Made by a program: the position numbers and the translations under genes. From a virus (lineage: Duplodnaviria > Caudoviricetes), in the IMG/VR virus record IMGVR_UViG_3300042868_014222, positions 1 through 36,740 of that record: a stretch of DNA of 36,740 nucleotides, one strand, 5' to 3'. The notes below the pieces were generated by a model, which worked only from the letters and a program-made list of their open reading frames with translations, made no database searches and was not told where the DNA came from. Numbering within the stretch: the stretch's first letter is position 1; each line of letters starts with the position of its first letter. Shown piece by piece: positions 15,892 to 26,200 of this stretch.

Positions 15892-15911
15892 ACCCCTAAC
15901 ACCCTAACATT

Positions 15912-16835
15912 ATGCTTCAGATCCCCGATCACTACGTTATCCAGTACGAGACCAACTGGCAGCACCTCCTTCAGCAGATGGAGTCCCGCCTCAAGGAGAA
16001 GACCAAGTTCGTCAGCGCCTCTGGTGCCGCCGTCCGCTTCAACCAGTATGGACTCACCTCCATGTCCCAGGTCACGACCCGTAACGCTTCGACGCCGACC
16101 GCCAACAGCGATCTGCCGACCCGTTGGGCGTATCCGACTCCCTACGACATCGCCAATCGCTTCAGCGAGTTCGACAACCTCTTCCTCGGAAGCGTTGTCC
16201 TGCCCACCTCGGAGTGTATGCAGTCGCAGGCCGCAGCTTACGGGCGTCTGGTTGACAAGATCCTCATCGATGCCCTCACCGCATCCGCGACGATCACCAA
16301 CACAGCCAACACCTCCGCTGGTTTTGGTCTGAACAACACCACAACCACCGTTGCCCTCCCCGCAGGCCAGTCGGTTGCTGTGAACTACGTCCCTGCCGGC
16401 GGAACCGCTACCAACAGCGGTCTCACCATCGGCAAGCTCCGCGAGGCCAAGCGCATCCTTGATGCGAACGAAGCCCCCGCAGAGGATCGCGTTCTCATCG
16501 TGAGCGCCAAGGAGATCAGCGATCTTCTCGGCACCACCGAGGTGACCAGCAATCTGTTCAACAGCGTCCGGGCCCTTGTGGACGGAGATGTCGATCAGTT
16601 CCTTGGGTTCAAGGTTGTTCGTTCCGAGCAGCTGAACTTCCCGTCCGCCAACATCCGTGGTTGCGTGGCCTACCACAAGAATGCGGCGGTCGTCGTGGAC
16701 GGCGGCAAGCGGTCCTACATGGACGTTCTGCCCACCCAGTCCCATGCCCTCCAGATCCGCAGCACAGCGGTTCTCGGTGCGACCCGCCTCCTTGAGAGCG
16801 GTGTCGTGAGCATCCTGGCCGACACCACCAAGTAA
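15912..16835 (+). CDS. Major capsid protein
   Basis: VIQY..N.QHLLQQMESRL, AAAYGR..D..I, GLTIGKL, EVTS..FNSVRALVDG.VDQFLGF, GATRL.E.GVV. Confidence 0.92.
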   Translation: MLQIPDHYVIQYETNWQHLLQQMESRLKEKTKFVSASGAAVRFNQYGLTSMSQVTTRNASTPTANSDLPTRWAYPTPYDIANRFSEFDNLFLGSVVLPTSECMQSQAAAYGRLVDKILIDALTASATITNTANTSAGFGLNNTTTTVALPAGQSVAVNYVPAGGTATNSGLTIGKLREAKRILDANEAPAEDRVLIVSAKEISDLLGTTEVTSNLFNSVRALVDGDVDQFLGFKVVRSEQLNFPSANIRGCVAYHKNAAVVVDGGKRSYMDVLPTQSHALQIRSTAVLGATRLLESGVVSILADTTK

Positions 16836-16848
16836 GTAATCACAAGTC

Positions 16849-16889
16849 GGGGGTGGGGCGTCCAGCGAGGCGTCCCACCCCTTTCTTTT
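16849..16889 (+). terminator. Rho-independent terminator after the capsid gene
   Basis: GGGGGTGGGGCGTC...GGCGTCCCACCCC followed by TTTCTTTT. Confidence 0.85.
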
Positions 16890-16904
16890 ACAACTCGAAA
16901 AACT

Positions 16905-17495
16905 ATGGATTCCACGACCATCTGCAACCTTGCCCTCTCAAAAATCGGCGATCAGATGATCATGTCGTTGGATGATCCGAGCATTGAAGCTCGGTTCTGC
17001 AAGCTGCACTACGCACCGACGCTTGCCTCTCTACTGCGGATGCACGATTGGAATTGGGCCGTGGGCATGACCCAGCTTGCCCAACTTTCCACGCCTCCCC
17101 CCTTTGATTGGGATTACTCCTACCAGCTTCCCTCTGATTTTGCCCGTATCCTGACGCTCAACGCTTTTCAAGCCAACGAGCCTTACTGCAACTTCGACAT
17201 CATCGGTGACAAGCTGATGACCGATGAGGGCAGCGCCTCCATCACCTACGTCAAGAGTGCCGTTGACCCGAATTTATTCGACCCGATGTTCGTGGAGCTT
17301 CTTGCACTTGCCATTGCCGCGAAGCTCGCCAAGCCCCTCGGAGGGTCTATGGACATCAAGCAGCGCCTTGAGCAGGACTTGAAGCAGATGCTTGGGGAAG
17401 CCCGGAGGATCGACGCACAGGACTCCTACCCCCGCCGCAAACCGATGTGGCTTAACTCCGACCTCGTTCAGTCACGCTACAACGGCATCTACTGA
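16905..17495 (+). CDS. Tail tubular protein A / adaptor
   Basis: ICNLALSKIG, H.WNWA, YSYQLPSD, FDPMFVE.LA..IA..LA. Confidence 0.9.
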   Translation: MDSTTICNLALSKIGDQMIMSLDDPSIEARFCKLHYAPTLASLLRMHDWNWAVGMTQLAQLSTPPPFDWDYSYQLPSDFARILTLNAFQANEPYCNFDIIGDKLMTDEGSASITYVKSAVDPNLFDPMFVELLALAIAAKLAKPLGGSMDIKQRLEQDLKQMLGEARRIDAQDSYPRRKPMWLNSDLVQSRYNGIY

Positions 17496-19864
17496 TGATT
17501 AGTCAGTTAATTTCATCGTTTAACGCTGGCGAGTTCAGCCCCTACCTTGAGGCGAGGACGAACCTTGAGAAGTACCGCAACTCCTGCAAGACGCTTGAGA
17601 ACTTCGTTATCACCCCCTACGGGCCGGCGAATCGTCGCGCAGGGACAGAGTACCTTGGATCGGCAAAGACATCGGCTACCCGTTGCCGCCTGATCGGTCT
17701 CGACATCTCCGACACCAACCACATCGTCATGGAATTAGGTGTGGGCTACATCCGCTTTTGGAAGAACGGGGCGCTCATTACCAATAGCGGAACCCCCGTC
17801 GAGGCAGTCCAAGTTGATTACCTCAATGCCTTAACCGGCCTGACTCCCGTCCACCCTTACCAAGAGGCAGACCTCCGGGCCGTCCAAGTCGTCCAGATCA
17901 ACAACCTTGTCTATCTTTCCCATCCCTCCTACCCGCCGCAGCGTCTCCGCCGTCTGTCAGATACTTCTTGGCAGATTGGCGAGGTTCCTTTTGGAGATCC
18001 CTCCATCAAGAATAATTGGGCGCCGATGCTCGACCAGAACGTCACGACGACGACGCTCACGCCTTCTGCGACTACGGGAACGGCAATCACCCTGAGCGCA
18101 TCCACGGGAACCTTCCTAGCCGGTCATGTCGGGAGCTACTTTGAACTAGCACACCCCAACCCCGTCACCTTCATCAGTCAGGACATCACTTCCGCCAATG
18201 CCACTAGCGGAAGAATTACCGTCCTGGGAAAGTGGAGTCTCCAGACCTTCGGGACATGGAATGCCCAAGTGGACTTGCAAGCGTCCACCGATGGAGGAAC
18301 AACATTCAAGACCATCCGCACCTACAAGAGCAATGGCGACTACAACGCCACCTCCAGCGGAGAGGAGACTGTTGAAACCCAATTCCAACTGAAGGTCAGT
18401 GGGTTTGTGTCGGGAAGCAGCGCACCCCGTGTCATGCTCACCCCCCTTGACCCGACCCTCCGGGGATTGGTCAGGATCACGGGATTTACTAGCGCAACAT
18501 CGGTCACGGCACGGGTTCTAAACCCCCTTGGAGGCACCGGCGCAACTTCGCAATGGAGGGAGGGAGCCTTCTCCGCAGTCCAAGGCTACCCTGCCGCAGT
18601 CGCCCTCCACGATAGCCGCATCATCTACGCCGGCACAGGAAGCAACCCCTCCTCGCTCTGGGGTAGCTACAGCAACGACTTCCAGAACTTTAGACAGGGT
18701 GCCTATGACGCCGATAGTTGGTTCTTCACCTTGGCCTCCACCACGGGAGGTCAGATCCAATGGCTTGTTTCCAAGAGCGCCCTCCTGATCGGAACGACCT
18801 TGGACGAGTGGAGTATGCAGGCGAGTGACCAGACCCGCCCGATCACCCCGACCAATGTCAACGTGCGCCAGCAGTCCCACTACGGGTCATCACCCCTTGG
18901 GGCGCAGATCATCAACGACACGGTTCTCTACATCCAGCGGATGAACCGCAAGATCAGGGAACTCATCTACACATGGTCAAGTGAGTCTTGGGTATCCAAC
19001 GACATCACCGCCCTTGCCGAGCATACGACCCGTACCGGCATCGTTGAGAATGCCTACCAGAGAGTGCCTGACGCGATCCTCTGGTTTGTGAGAGGAGATG
19101 GTCAGCTTGTCTCCATGACCTATGAGCGAGAGCAGCAAGTCGTCGGATTCGCCCGTCACATTACCGATGGAGTGGTGGAGAGTGTCGCCACGATCAATGG
19201 CACCAATGCCGAGGATGAAGTCTGGTTACTAGTCAGGCGCACGATAAACAACCAAACCGTGCGTTACGTCGAAAGGCTCAAGCTCGGTCTCCGTGATGCC
19301 TTGGACACCGCAGACAAATCAAACTGGTGGTATGTGGACTCCGGGGTGCTTCGGACATTCGGTTCCCCTACTGCCACCATCACGGGCCTTTCTCACCTAG
19401 AGGGCAAGGCAGTCTCCGTATGGGCAGACAACGCCGTGGGGTCTCTGATCGTCTCGCAGCCTACCGTAGTCGGGGGGCAGATCACCTTGCAGATCCCTGC
19501 CTCACGGGTTCTGGTCGGACTCCCCTTCACCTCGACCCTGGTTCCGCAGCGAGTCGATACCAATTTGCAGGACGGCACAAGCCAAGGCCGGCGCATGAGG
19601 ATTCCGCGCATCAACCTCAAGGTCTACCAAAGCACAGGAGGGGAACTCTCCACCGATGGAGTGAACTGGTTCCCTCTGGTGAGCCGAGTCTTGACCGACA
19701 ACATGGACGCCTCGCCCCCCGTACTCAATGGATACGAGAGGGCATACGCTTCCTCGAATTGGGCCGATGGAGTGGATCTCTATGTTAGGCAGACCCAACC
19801 CGTCCCCTTCACCGTTGCCGCCTTGGTGGTCAACTTTGAGGTGAGCGAGGCCACGCAGAACTAA
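17495..19864 (+). CDS. Tail tubular protein B / nozzle
   Basis: SFNAGEFSP, GPANRRAGT.Y, GYPAAV..H..R, GLSHLEGK.V...AD, VGLPFTS. Confidence 0.9.
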   Translation: MISQLISSFNAGEFSPYLEARTNLEKYRNSCKTLENFVITPYGPANRRAGTEYLGSAKTSATRCRLIGLDISDTNHIVMELGVGYIRFWKNGALITNSGTPVEAVQVDYLNALTGLTPVHPYQEADLRAVQVVQINNLVYLSHPSYPPQRLRRLSDTSWQIGEVPFGDPSIKNNWAPMLDQNVTTTTLTPSATTGTAITLSASTGTFLAGHVGSYFELAHPNPVTFISQDITSANATSGRITVLGKWSLQTFGTWNAQVDLQASTDGGTTFKTIRTYKSNGDYNATSSGEETVETQFQLKVSGFVSGSSAPRVMLTPLDPTLRGLVRITGFTSATSVTARVLNPLGGTGATSQWREGAFSAVQGYPAAVALHDSRIIYAGTGSNPSSLWGSYSNDFQNFRQGAYDADSWFFTLASTTGGQIQWLVSKSALLIGTTLDEWSMQASDQTRPITPTNVNVRQQSHYGSSPLGAQIINDTVLYIQRMNRKIRELIYTWSSESWVSNDITALAEHTTRTGIVENAYQRVPDAILWFVRGDGQLVSMTYEREQQVVGFARHITDGVVESVATINGTNAEDEVWLLVRRTINNQTVRYVERLKLGLRDALDTADKSNWWYVDSGVLRTFGSPTATITGLSHLEGKAVSVWADNAVGSLIVSQPTVVGGQITLQIPASRVLVGLPFTSTLVPQRVDTNLQDGTSQGRRMRIPRINLKVYQSTGGELSTDGVNWFPLVSRVLTDNMDASPPVLNGYERAYASSNWADGVDLYVRQTQPVPFTVAALVVNFEVSEATQN

Positions 19865-19909
19865 CTTACTTGCTTTTTCTCTTTAATTCGCATACGAAAT
19901 CACTCTTAA

Positions 19910-20353
19910 ATGGAACTTAATAACATCCTAGGCACTAGGGAGAAGATGAATGTGGTGGAGGCGTTTTGCGCCTCGCAACCACAGATCAACTTGCCCTTGG
20001 AGCATCGGTTCACTCCGGGGATGTATATCCGCACCATCCATATGCCTGCCGGCACGGTGGTTACGAGCAGGACGCACCTCACAGAGCATCCCTTTGTGGT
20101 TCAGCGTGGAGTCGTTGATGTCTACGACGAGCAGGGAAAATGCGAGAGGCTTTTCGCCGGTCACATCGGCATCACCAAGGCCGGCACAAGGAGGGTACTC
20201 ATGACTCATGAGGATTGCGTATGGACTACATTCCATGCGACTGACAAGACCGACCCGGATGATATTGCCGAAAAGATTACCACTTCAGAGAATGACCAGT
20301 TGCCAGAAGGGTTCCGTCATCTTTGCTTTGAGAGTAAGGGGGTTCTAAAATGA
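19910..20353 (+). CDS. Cupin-fold phage protein
   Basis: HRFTPGMYIR.IHMPAG.VVTS.THLTEH...GTRR...HED.VWTTFH. Confidence 0.7.
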   Translation: MELNNILGTREKMNVVEAFCASQPQINLPLEHRFTPGMYIRTIHMPAGTVVTSRTHLTEHPFVVQRGVVDVYDEQGKCERLFAGHIGITKAGTRRVLMTHEDCVWTTFHATDKTDPDDIAEKITTSENDQLPEGFRHLCFESKGVLK

Positions 20354-21102
20354 GCTTTGCCATCGTCGCAGTATCGGGGGCCGTGATCGGTGCAGCCGGC
20401 ACCGCCTATTCCGCCTACTCCTCTAGTGAGGCGCAGAAGCGTAATGCCGCTCTCGGTCGTGCAAGCGCCCAAGCACAGGGTCAGATTGCCCGATACCAGA
20501 ACGAACTCAACTACAAGACGGCAATGGCGCAGAGTCAGCAAAGCGCCAACAATGCCAAGATCCTCCACCAGTTCGCTCGTTCGCAGGAGAGGCAGGGGTT
20601 TGAGCAGATCAACCGATCCTACCAGCAGGAAGAGGCAATGGCTAGCCAGGTTGAGGCAGCATATGGAGCAAGCGGGATTGCCGCTGATACCGGCTCACCC
20701 CTCATGGTCGAGGCCCACAATGCAGGCATGGCGCAACTTGCTCGGATGGATTCAGCTTACAAGACTAACCTCTCCGCCTTGGACACCGACTGGAAGGGGA
20801 CGCTTTCCACCTACCAGAGTCAGGTGCAGGCAGAGCTTGCCAAGCAATACCAGTACGGAGCAGAGATTGCCGATTGGCAGTCAGGGCCGATGGCAGATGT
20901 TGCCTACAACAACGCCATGACCGCCGCGAACAACACGGCAACGGCAGGATATATCAGCGCCACGGGAAGCCTCTTGAGCGCCGCCGGTGGATTTATGAAG
21001 CCAAGCACCACGGGAAACTTTAAGCCCGTTCAGAATGTTGGAGGTCAAACATACTACAATGACCCCAGTAAAGGAATGTATGTGATGTCTGCCCAACAAT
21101 AA
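20350..21102 (+). CDS. Internal virion (ejection) protein, small
   Basis: Ala/Gln-rich; AYGASGI..DTGSPL motif; position after the nozzle gene. Confidence 0.75.
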   Translation: MSFAIVAVSGAVIGAAGTAYSAYSSSEAQKRNAALGRASAQAQGQIARYQNELNYKTAMAQSQQSANNAKILHQFARSQERQGFEQINRSYQQEEAMASQVEAAYGASGIAADTGSPLMVEAHNAGMAQLARMDSAYKTNLSALDTDWKGTLSTYQSQVQAELAKQYQYGAEIADWQSGPMADVAYNNAMTAANNTATAGYISATGSLLSAAGGFMKPSTTGNFKPVQNVGGQTYYNDPSKGMYVMSAQQ

Positions 21103-21105
21103 CCT

Positions 21106-22935
21106 ATGGCACAGATACCCCTTTCCCAGATCCCAAATGCTCCCGACCTCGCCTCGATGTCGAGGCCGCAGACCAATGACTTGACCATTCCAAGGGCCAA
21201 TTTTTCAGACGAGATCAAATCTGTTGCTAGGTCTTATGGTGCAGCGGAAGAGAACGTGCGATCCGCCGGCCTAGTGGGAGCATCCGTTGCCGAGGCAGGG
21301 CAAGGCGTCTACAAGGCCGCAAAGACCCTAGCCGACAAGCAGCAGGATCTAAACGACAATGCGGCATGGGCCGAGTTCTCTACGAATTACTCGCTTCAGA
21401 AGGCAGAGTTGGATGATTCACTTTCGCAATCCAACCCCGCGACATGGACAAGTTCCTACGCCAACTTCCGAGCCAAGAACGTCGATCCTGCATGGCAGGC
21501 GCTTCCTGTATCGGTTCAGCAGAAGCGATATGGTGAATACTTGAATCTGACTTCTCAAGATCAGGTCAAGATCAGTCACGCCGCATTCCAGAAGAACATT
21601 GCCGACTCCACGGCAAAGTCCCTGACCGACATCAATCTCCAGGTTGAGGGAAACAATTTCCCTGCCGCGATGAAGAAGCTGGAAGAACTCCATGCCAGCA
21701 ACGGCATCGGGGGCAGGGAGTACGAGGCACAGAAGTCGCTAATTCAGACATCGGAGCAATATAACAAACTTAACGAGGAGATCGTCCGCGATCCTGCAGG
21801 AACCAAACGAAGACTCCTTGATGCCTATGAAAAAGATTCAATATTGCCAGAGTATCCCAATCTGTCCAAAGACCAATTAAAGTCATTGTCCACTAGGGCC
21901 GAGAAGGTTTTTGAGGTTCAACAGGACAGGAACTATGGGGACATTTCCTCTGACATATCTGCAGGCAATATCAAATCTGCCGTGGATCTTGAGAAAGACC
22001 AACGCTTCTCAAGTATCAAAGACGACAAATACAAGCAGGCTCTAAAAGAGTCGATTGCCGACCGTTACATCTATACGCCGGCAGGGGATTCTTTTTCCAA
22101 GGAAGCAATGTCAAAGGTCAAAGTATTCCCACAGACCGACAATCCCGCTACAGAGGCAATGGATGTTCGCAAATACATTAATGAGAATGTCCCATCTATT
22201 TACAGGGATGCCATTGGAAAGGCGCTTGATTCAAAGATTAACGAGATGGCATCCAATGGAGGCAAGCTCAAGCCAGAGAGCGAACTGATCCAATACGGGA
22301 CGCAGAGACTCAAAATTGCCCGTGATGGTGGAGTCTTCGGAACATTCAATCCCGATGCCGCACTAAAAGAAGACTCAACAGGCAAACTTGCGAAGCAAAA
22401 CATCGAGATCCTAAAGCAGATGGAGGATGTGGAACTCACCCTACGCAACTCTGGGGCAAAGACCCGTGCAGAGGCCGACAAGGTGATTGAAGAGGCTACT
22501 GCCGCCGGTCGCGCAAAGCAGGCCGCAGGAGAGATCGGTAATCAGAAGGGGTGGTTTGATTTCCTCAAGAGCAGGAAGAAGGACGAACCAGTTTCCCCCG
22601 CCGGCAAGATCACCAAGTACGGATACGAAAAGCCGGGAGAGAAGGACTATGATTCCAATTCTGCCCGTGGGATCGGAGCCGAAGATAACCAACTGACCCC
22701 AGGTGAAAGCATCGCCCTCTCCCCCGACCTAGAGAAGTCCACCGGCGCCAAGATCGGGGACAAGGTAGTCGTGACCCTATCCAATGGAGAGAAGATGGTG
22801 AAGCGGTTCGATGACCGCACCAGCAAGCGCCTCAAGGGTCGCGTGGACATCTACTCACCAGACGGCAATCAACCCCTTGACGGGGTACGGGTCGCCAAGG
22901 TGGAGAAATACACCGAGGACGGCAGTAAGGGATAA
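21106..22935 (+). CDS. Internal virion protein with C-terminal 3D/DPBB (MltA-like) domain
   Basis: MAQIP start; C-terminal KITKYG..G..IALSPD...GDKV.V...DDR....GRVDIY. Confidence 0.7.
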   Translation: MAQIPLSQIPNAPDLASMSRPQTNDLTIPRANFSDEIKSVARSYGAAEENVRSAGLVGASVAEAGQGVYKAAKTLADKQQDLNDNAAWAEFSTNYSLQKAELDDSLSQSNPATWTSSYANFRAKNVDPAWQALPVSVQQKRYGEYLNLTSQDQVKISHAAFQKNIADSTAKSLTDINLQVEGNNFPAAMKKLEELHASNGIGGREYEAQKSLIQTSEQYNKLNEEIVRDPAGTKRRLLDAYEKDSILPEYPNLSKDQLKSLSTRAEKVFEVQQDRNYGDISSDISAGNIKSAVDLEKDQRFSSIKDDKYKQALKESIADRYIYTPAGDSFSKEAMSKVKVFPQTDNPATEAMDVRKYINENVPSIYRDAIGKALDSKINEMASNGGKLKPESELIQYGTQRLKIARDGGVFGTFNPDAALKEDSTGKLAKQNIEILKQMEDVELTLRNSGAKTRAEADKVIEEATAAGRAKQAAGEIGNQKGWFDFLKSRKKDEPVSPAGKITKYGYEKPGEKDYDSNSARGIGAEDNQLTPGESIALSPDLEKSTGAKIGDKVVVTLSNGEKMVKRFDDRTSKRLKGRVDIYSPDGNQPLDGVRVAKVEKYTEDGSKG

Positions 22936-22936
22936 C

Positions 22937-23206
22937 CTACTTGAAGGTCAGCACCGAGGCCGTTTCTCCGCTTGGAAGCGTGACGATGGAGTAGTCTACC
23001 TTGGATGATTGATAGGTCTCTGGTGAGACTTGAGAAACAGGAGCAGGGGAGCTTGGTGGAATGACGGCACCGGGGGTAATGTCACACTTGCGGATGTCAA
23101 ATGTGGGGTTGCAAACTGGCGCATCTGCCAGACTGACTTTAGACATCCCCCCCGCCACCGCATTCCCAACTAGAAGCATCGCAATCAAGGTCAGCATAGT
23201 CTTCAT
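22937..23206 (-). CDS. Small exported protein (moron)
   Basis: Signal peptide MKTMLTLIAMLLVGNAVA, two Cys; antisense to the late operon; TTGACG-N18-GATATT upstream. Confidence 0.7.
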   Translation of the reverse strand: MKTMLTLIAMLLVGNAVAGGMSKVSLADAPVCNPTFDIRKCDITPGAVIPPSSPAPVSQVSPETYQSSKVDYSIVTLPSGETASVLTFK

Positions 23207-23294
23207 GGTTCCAATATCGACCCGCTAACAGGGTGGCGTCAACCCCCTTTTCGGATTGCCTTTATCTAGCATGATGTTAGTAAGTTAGGCTTTC

Positions 23295-26200
23295 ATGCCT
23301 CCAGAAGACCTAACTTCCTCCTCCCCTGCCGCCCCACAGGACGACTCCTCGTTTCTGACCTCCCCTGTCCCTCCCCCGGAGCAGGCACCAGTATTCGCTG
23401 ACAGGATCGCCCTTGACCAGACTCTTCAGCAACCTTCGATGGCAGACCGCATTGCCGTGGATGAGGAGGAGAACAAGAGGCAGCGCCTAGAAAATGAGCG
23501 CAAAAGGATGAAGGAAGTTGATCTTTTATCCAAGATTCTCCCCGACACAAAAAGCCAGACAAAGGAGATGGCAGGCATCCAGACGCAGGCCAATGCCCTG
23601 ATTGACCCGAAGCTCTACACCGACATGACGGTGAACTGGAGGGCAACTGCCACCCTCATGGGCAAGCCCCTGGACGAGTTGGACGCCACGCAGTACGGGG
23701 ACTACAAGGCGCAGATTGCCGTCAAGCTGAACAAGCCGGCACCCAGGTCAGAGAGTGAGTATCGTTCCATGCTCTCGGAGTATTTCGTCAAGGAGAAGGG
23801 CAAGGACACGGCACTCAACGAACTCTACGGCAATGTCGTTCTGAAGGCATTCCAAGACACCGGCATGGGTAAGAACAGGGCATTGGTCGGGCTTCCCACC
23901 GAGTATGTGAAGCAATGGGAGGAGCAGCACAAAGACCTCATCGGAGGTGATGCCGGCTTCCACGCACAGGCTAACCGAGTCTACAACCAGACCCTCAAGG
24001 ACATCGAAAGCATCCGAGGCAGGGGTGCTGAAACATTCTCCGCCCTCATGGATTTCACGCAGGGGAAGGCCGATGACGAGCGCATCGCCCAAGTTGCCGA
24101 GCGTCTATCCTCCTCGACCCCGGAGGAGAGGCAGAAAGTCTACTCCTACATCGGACTTGCTGCCGAGGCGGGTCACATTGACAGGGCAGGGATTGAGCAG
24201 TTTGCGATCAACATGGGTCAGTCCTTCTCCCGTGGTTTTGACTTCATTCCGCAGGGAACCTTGCAATTACAAGAGGATGCCTTCCGCGAGATGCGCGACA
24301 CCCTCGCCACGGGCAAGGTCTGGCTACGGAAATCGGAGGGAACCCCCACCCTCAACGATGTCTACCGCCCCTCGCAGGGTGCAGTCGGTTCCGCCGTCAA
24401 CATTGACCTGACGGGACGGGAGGCCACTCCCGAAGAGGTGGCAACCCTCAAGGCGCAGGCAGAAGGTGGACTCAAAACCTTCGGCGTCATCCGCGAGCTA
24501 CGCAACGCAGCCAAGAGCAGCGTTGATCCGATCAGGCCGGTCTTTGAAGACTCCGCGATTGAGCGTGGAGCCTACGGGCTTGCCGGCTCACTAGGGATCA
24601 TGGTTCCCGTAGCGATCAACCCCGCAATAGGGATGCTTGCATACCAGGCGCAAGAGTATGACCGCATCATGCTTGAGAACCCCGACATTGATCCTAGCTT
24701 TGCCAAGGGGCTTTCTCTTGTGGAGGGTGCCGGCAATGCCGCCTTGGATCGCCTCCAGTTGGGCGCGATCAACGGAAAGCTCCCCGTCTTTGGTGGTCTA
24801 CTGAATGGCATCAAGAACAATGGCATCCGCAGGGTGCTAACCACGGTTGGCGTCGAGATACTTGAGCAGAACTTACAGGAGGGGGCGCAGGATCTTATCG
24901 CACCCCTCACCGAGACGATGGCGGCAGCACTCCGCGAGGATATGCCTGACAAGGATTTCGGGGAACTGATGAAGGATTATGTCGGGAGCAGGGCCGAGAC
25001 CTTCTTTGCCGTGCTTCCCCTCGCCCTCATCGGTGGAGGTATTGGCACCTATCGTGACTTGAAAAACCCCGCCTTGCAGTTGGCAGACAAGCAACTCTCC
25101 ATCGCAGGCTTCGGGCCTGCCCAGAGGGACTACATCAACAAGGCGGAAAGCCCGGAGGAACGGGACGCCCGCATTCAGCAGGAGTGGAGCAAGCGCACCG
25201 AACAGGACATCACCGCAGGCAAGGAGCAACTTGCCGCCTCCATTGCCGAGGCTAGGTCACAGAAGGCCGGCGATACCGTTGAGGTCAATACCAAGGCAGA
25301 CGGCAGTAACGAATGGATCGTTCGTGACCCTGCCGGCAAGGAAGTCGCCCGTGTAGCAAGCGAGGATGAGGCAGTCACCATCATTGCAGACCGAGGCGAG
25401 GCCGAGATCAAGAGTCAGGCCAATGTCGTAGCCGACTTGCTGGACTCCGATTGGAGGAAGGACAAGCTCCCGAACTTTGAAGCGCAGTTCGGAGGTGAAG
25501 TGACCGTGGAGCAGATGCTCAAGGATGCCGAGGCCAAGGGGGACACCAAGCTGGTTGAGGCTATCAAGGCGAGTATTGAGGCTCACGGCAACGATCCCAC
25601 CGAGTTAGCCAAGCTGCGAGTTCTAGGAGAGAGTCGCGTCACTCCCTATGCCGAGGGGCAGTATAAGGCTTTCGTGAAGCTGAACGAAGGGGCAACCGCG
25701 CAGGACGCCTTTGAGGAGCTTGCCCACAATATCTTCGACATCGACATTGCCGAGGGCCGCATCACCAAGGAGCAGGCTCGTGAATGGGTCAGTCAGACTA
25801 CTGCCGCCGGCGTTGCAGGATACAAGTTCAGCACCGATGCCGAGGTCAGAGAGAGCATGGCACAGATTGCCCAGGACTTCGCCCGTAACAAGATTGACCA
25901 GACCAATCTCCCCTCCTCTTTTGTGGCGTTCCTCAAGAAACTCTACACCGAGTTTGTGGAGTTTATGCGTCGAGCCAAGCTGCTAGATCAAGCATTTGCG
26001 GAGGGCAAGATTGATGCCGAGTTTGAACGTTACCTCATGGGCAAGATCGGCTTGAGTGACTCCACCATGATTGAGCGAGAGGTCAGCAGGATTGAGGGGG
26101 AACAGGGTGGTGGTCAGCAACTAGACCTCTTCCAAGACTCCCGCGCCACTCCCGAAGCAGGAGCAGATGTCCGCACGGTGGGCGACACAAAGATTGTCGG

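Noticed and set aside
11603-16745. Long minus-strand ORFs (11603-12364, 13118-13762, 15885-16745)
   Set aside because: Antisense shadows of GC-rich, codon-biased portal and capsid genes.
16820-16845. Programmed capsid frameshift or readthrough extension as in T7 10B
   Set aside because: No slippery heptamer seen; TAAGTAA gives stops in two frames and a terminator follows immediately.
25700-25740. Active zincin protease in the large protein (EELAH)
   Set aside because: First His of HExxH is replaced by Glu; at best a degenerate motif, so activity is not supportable.
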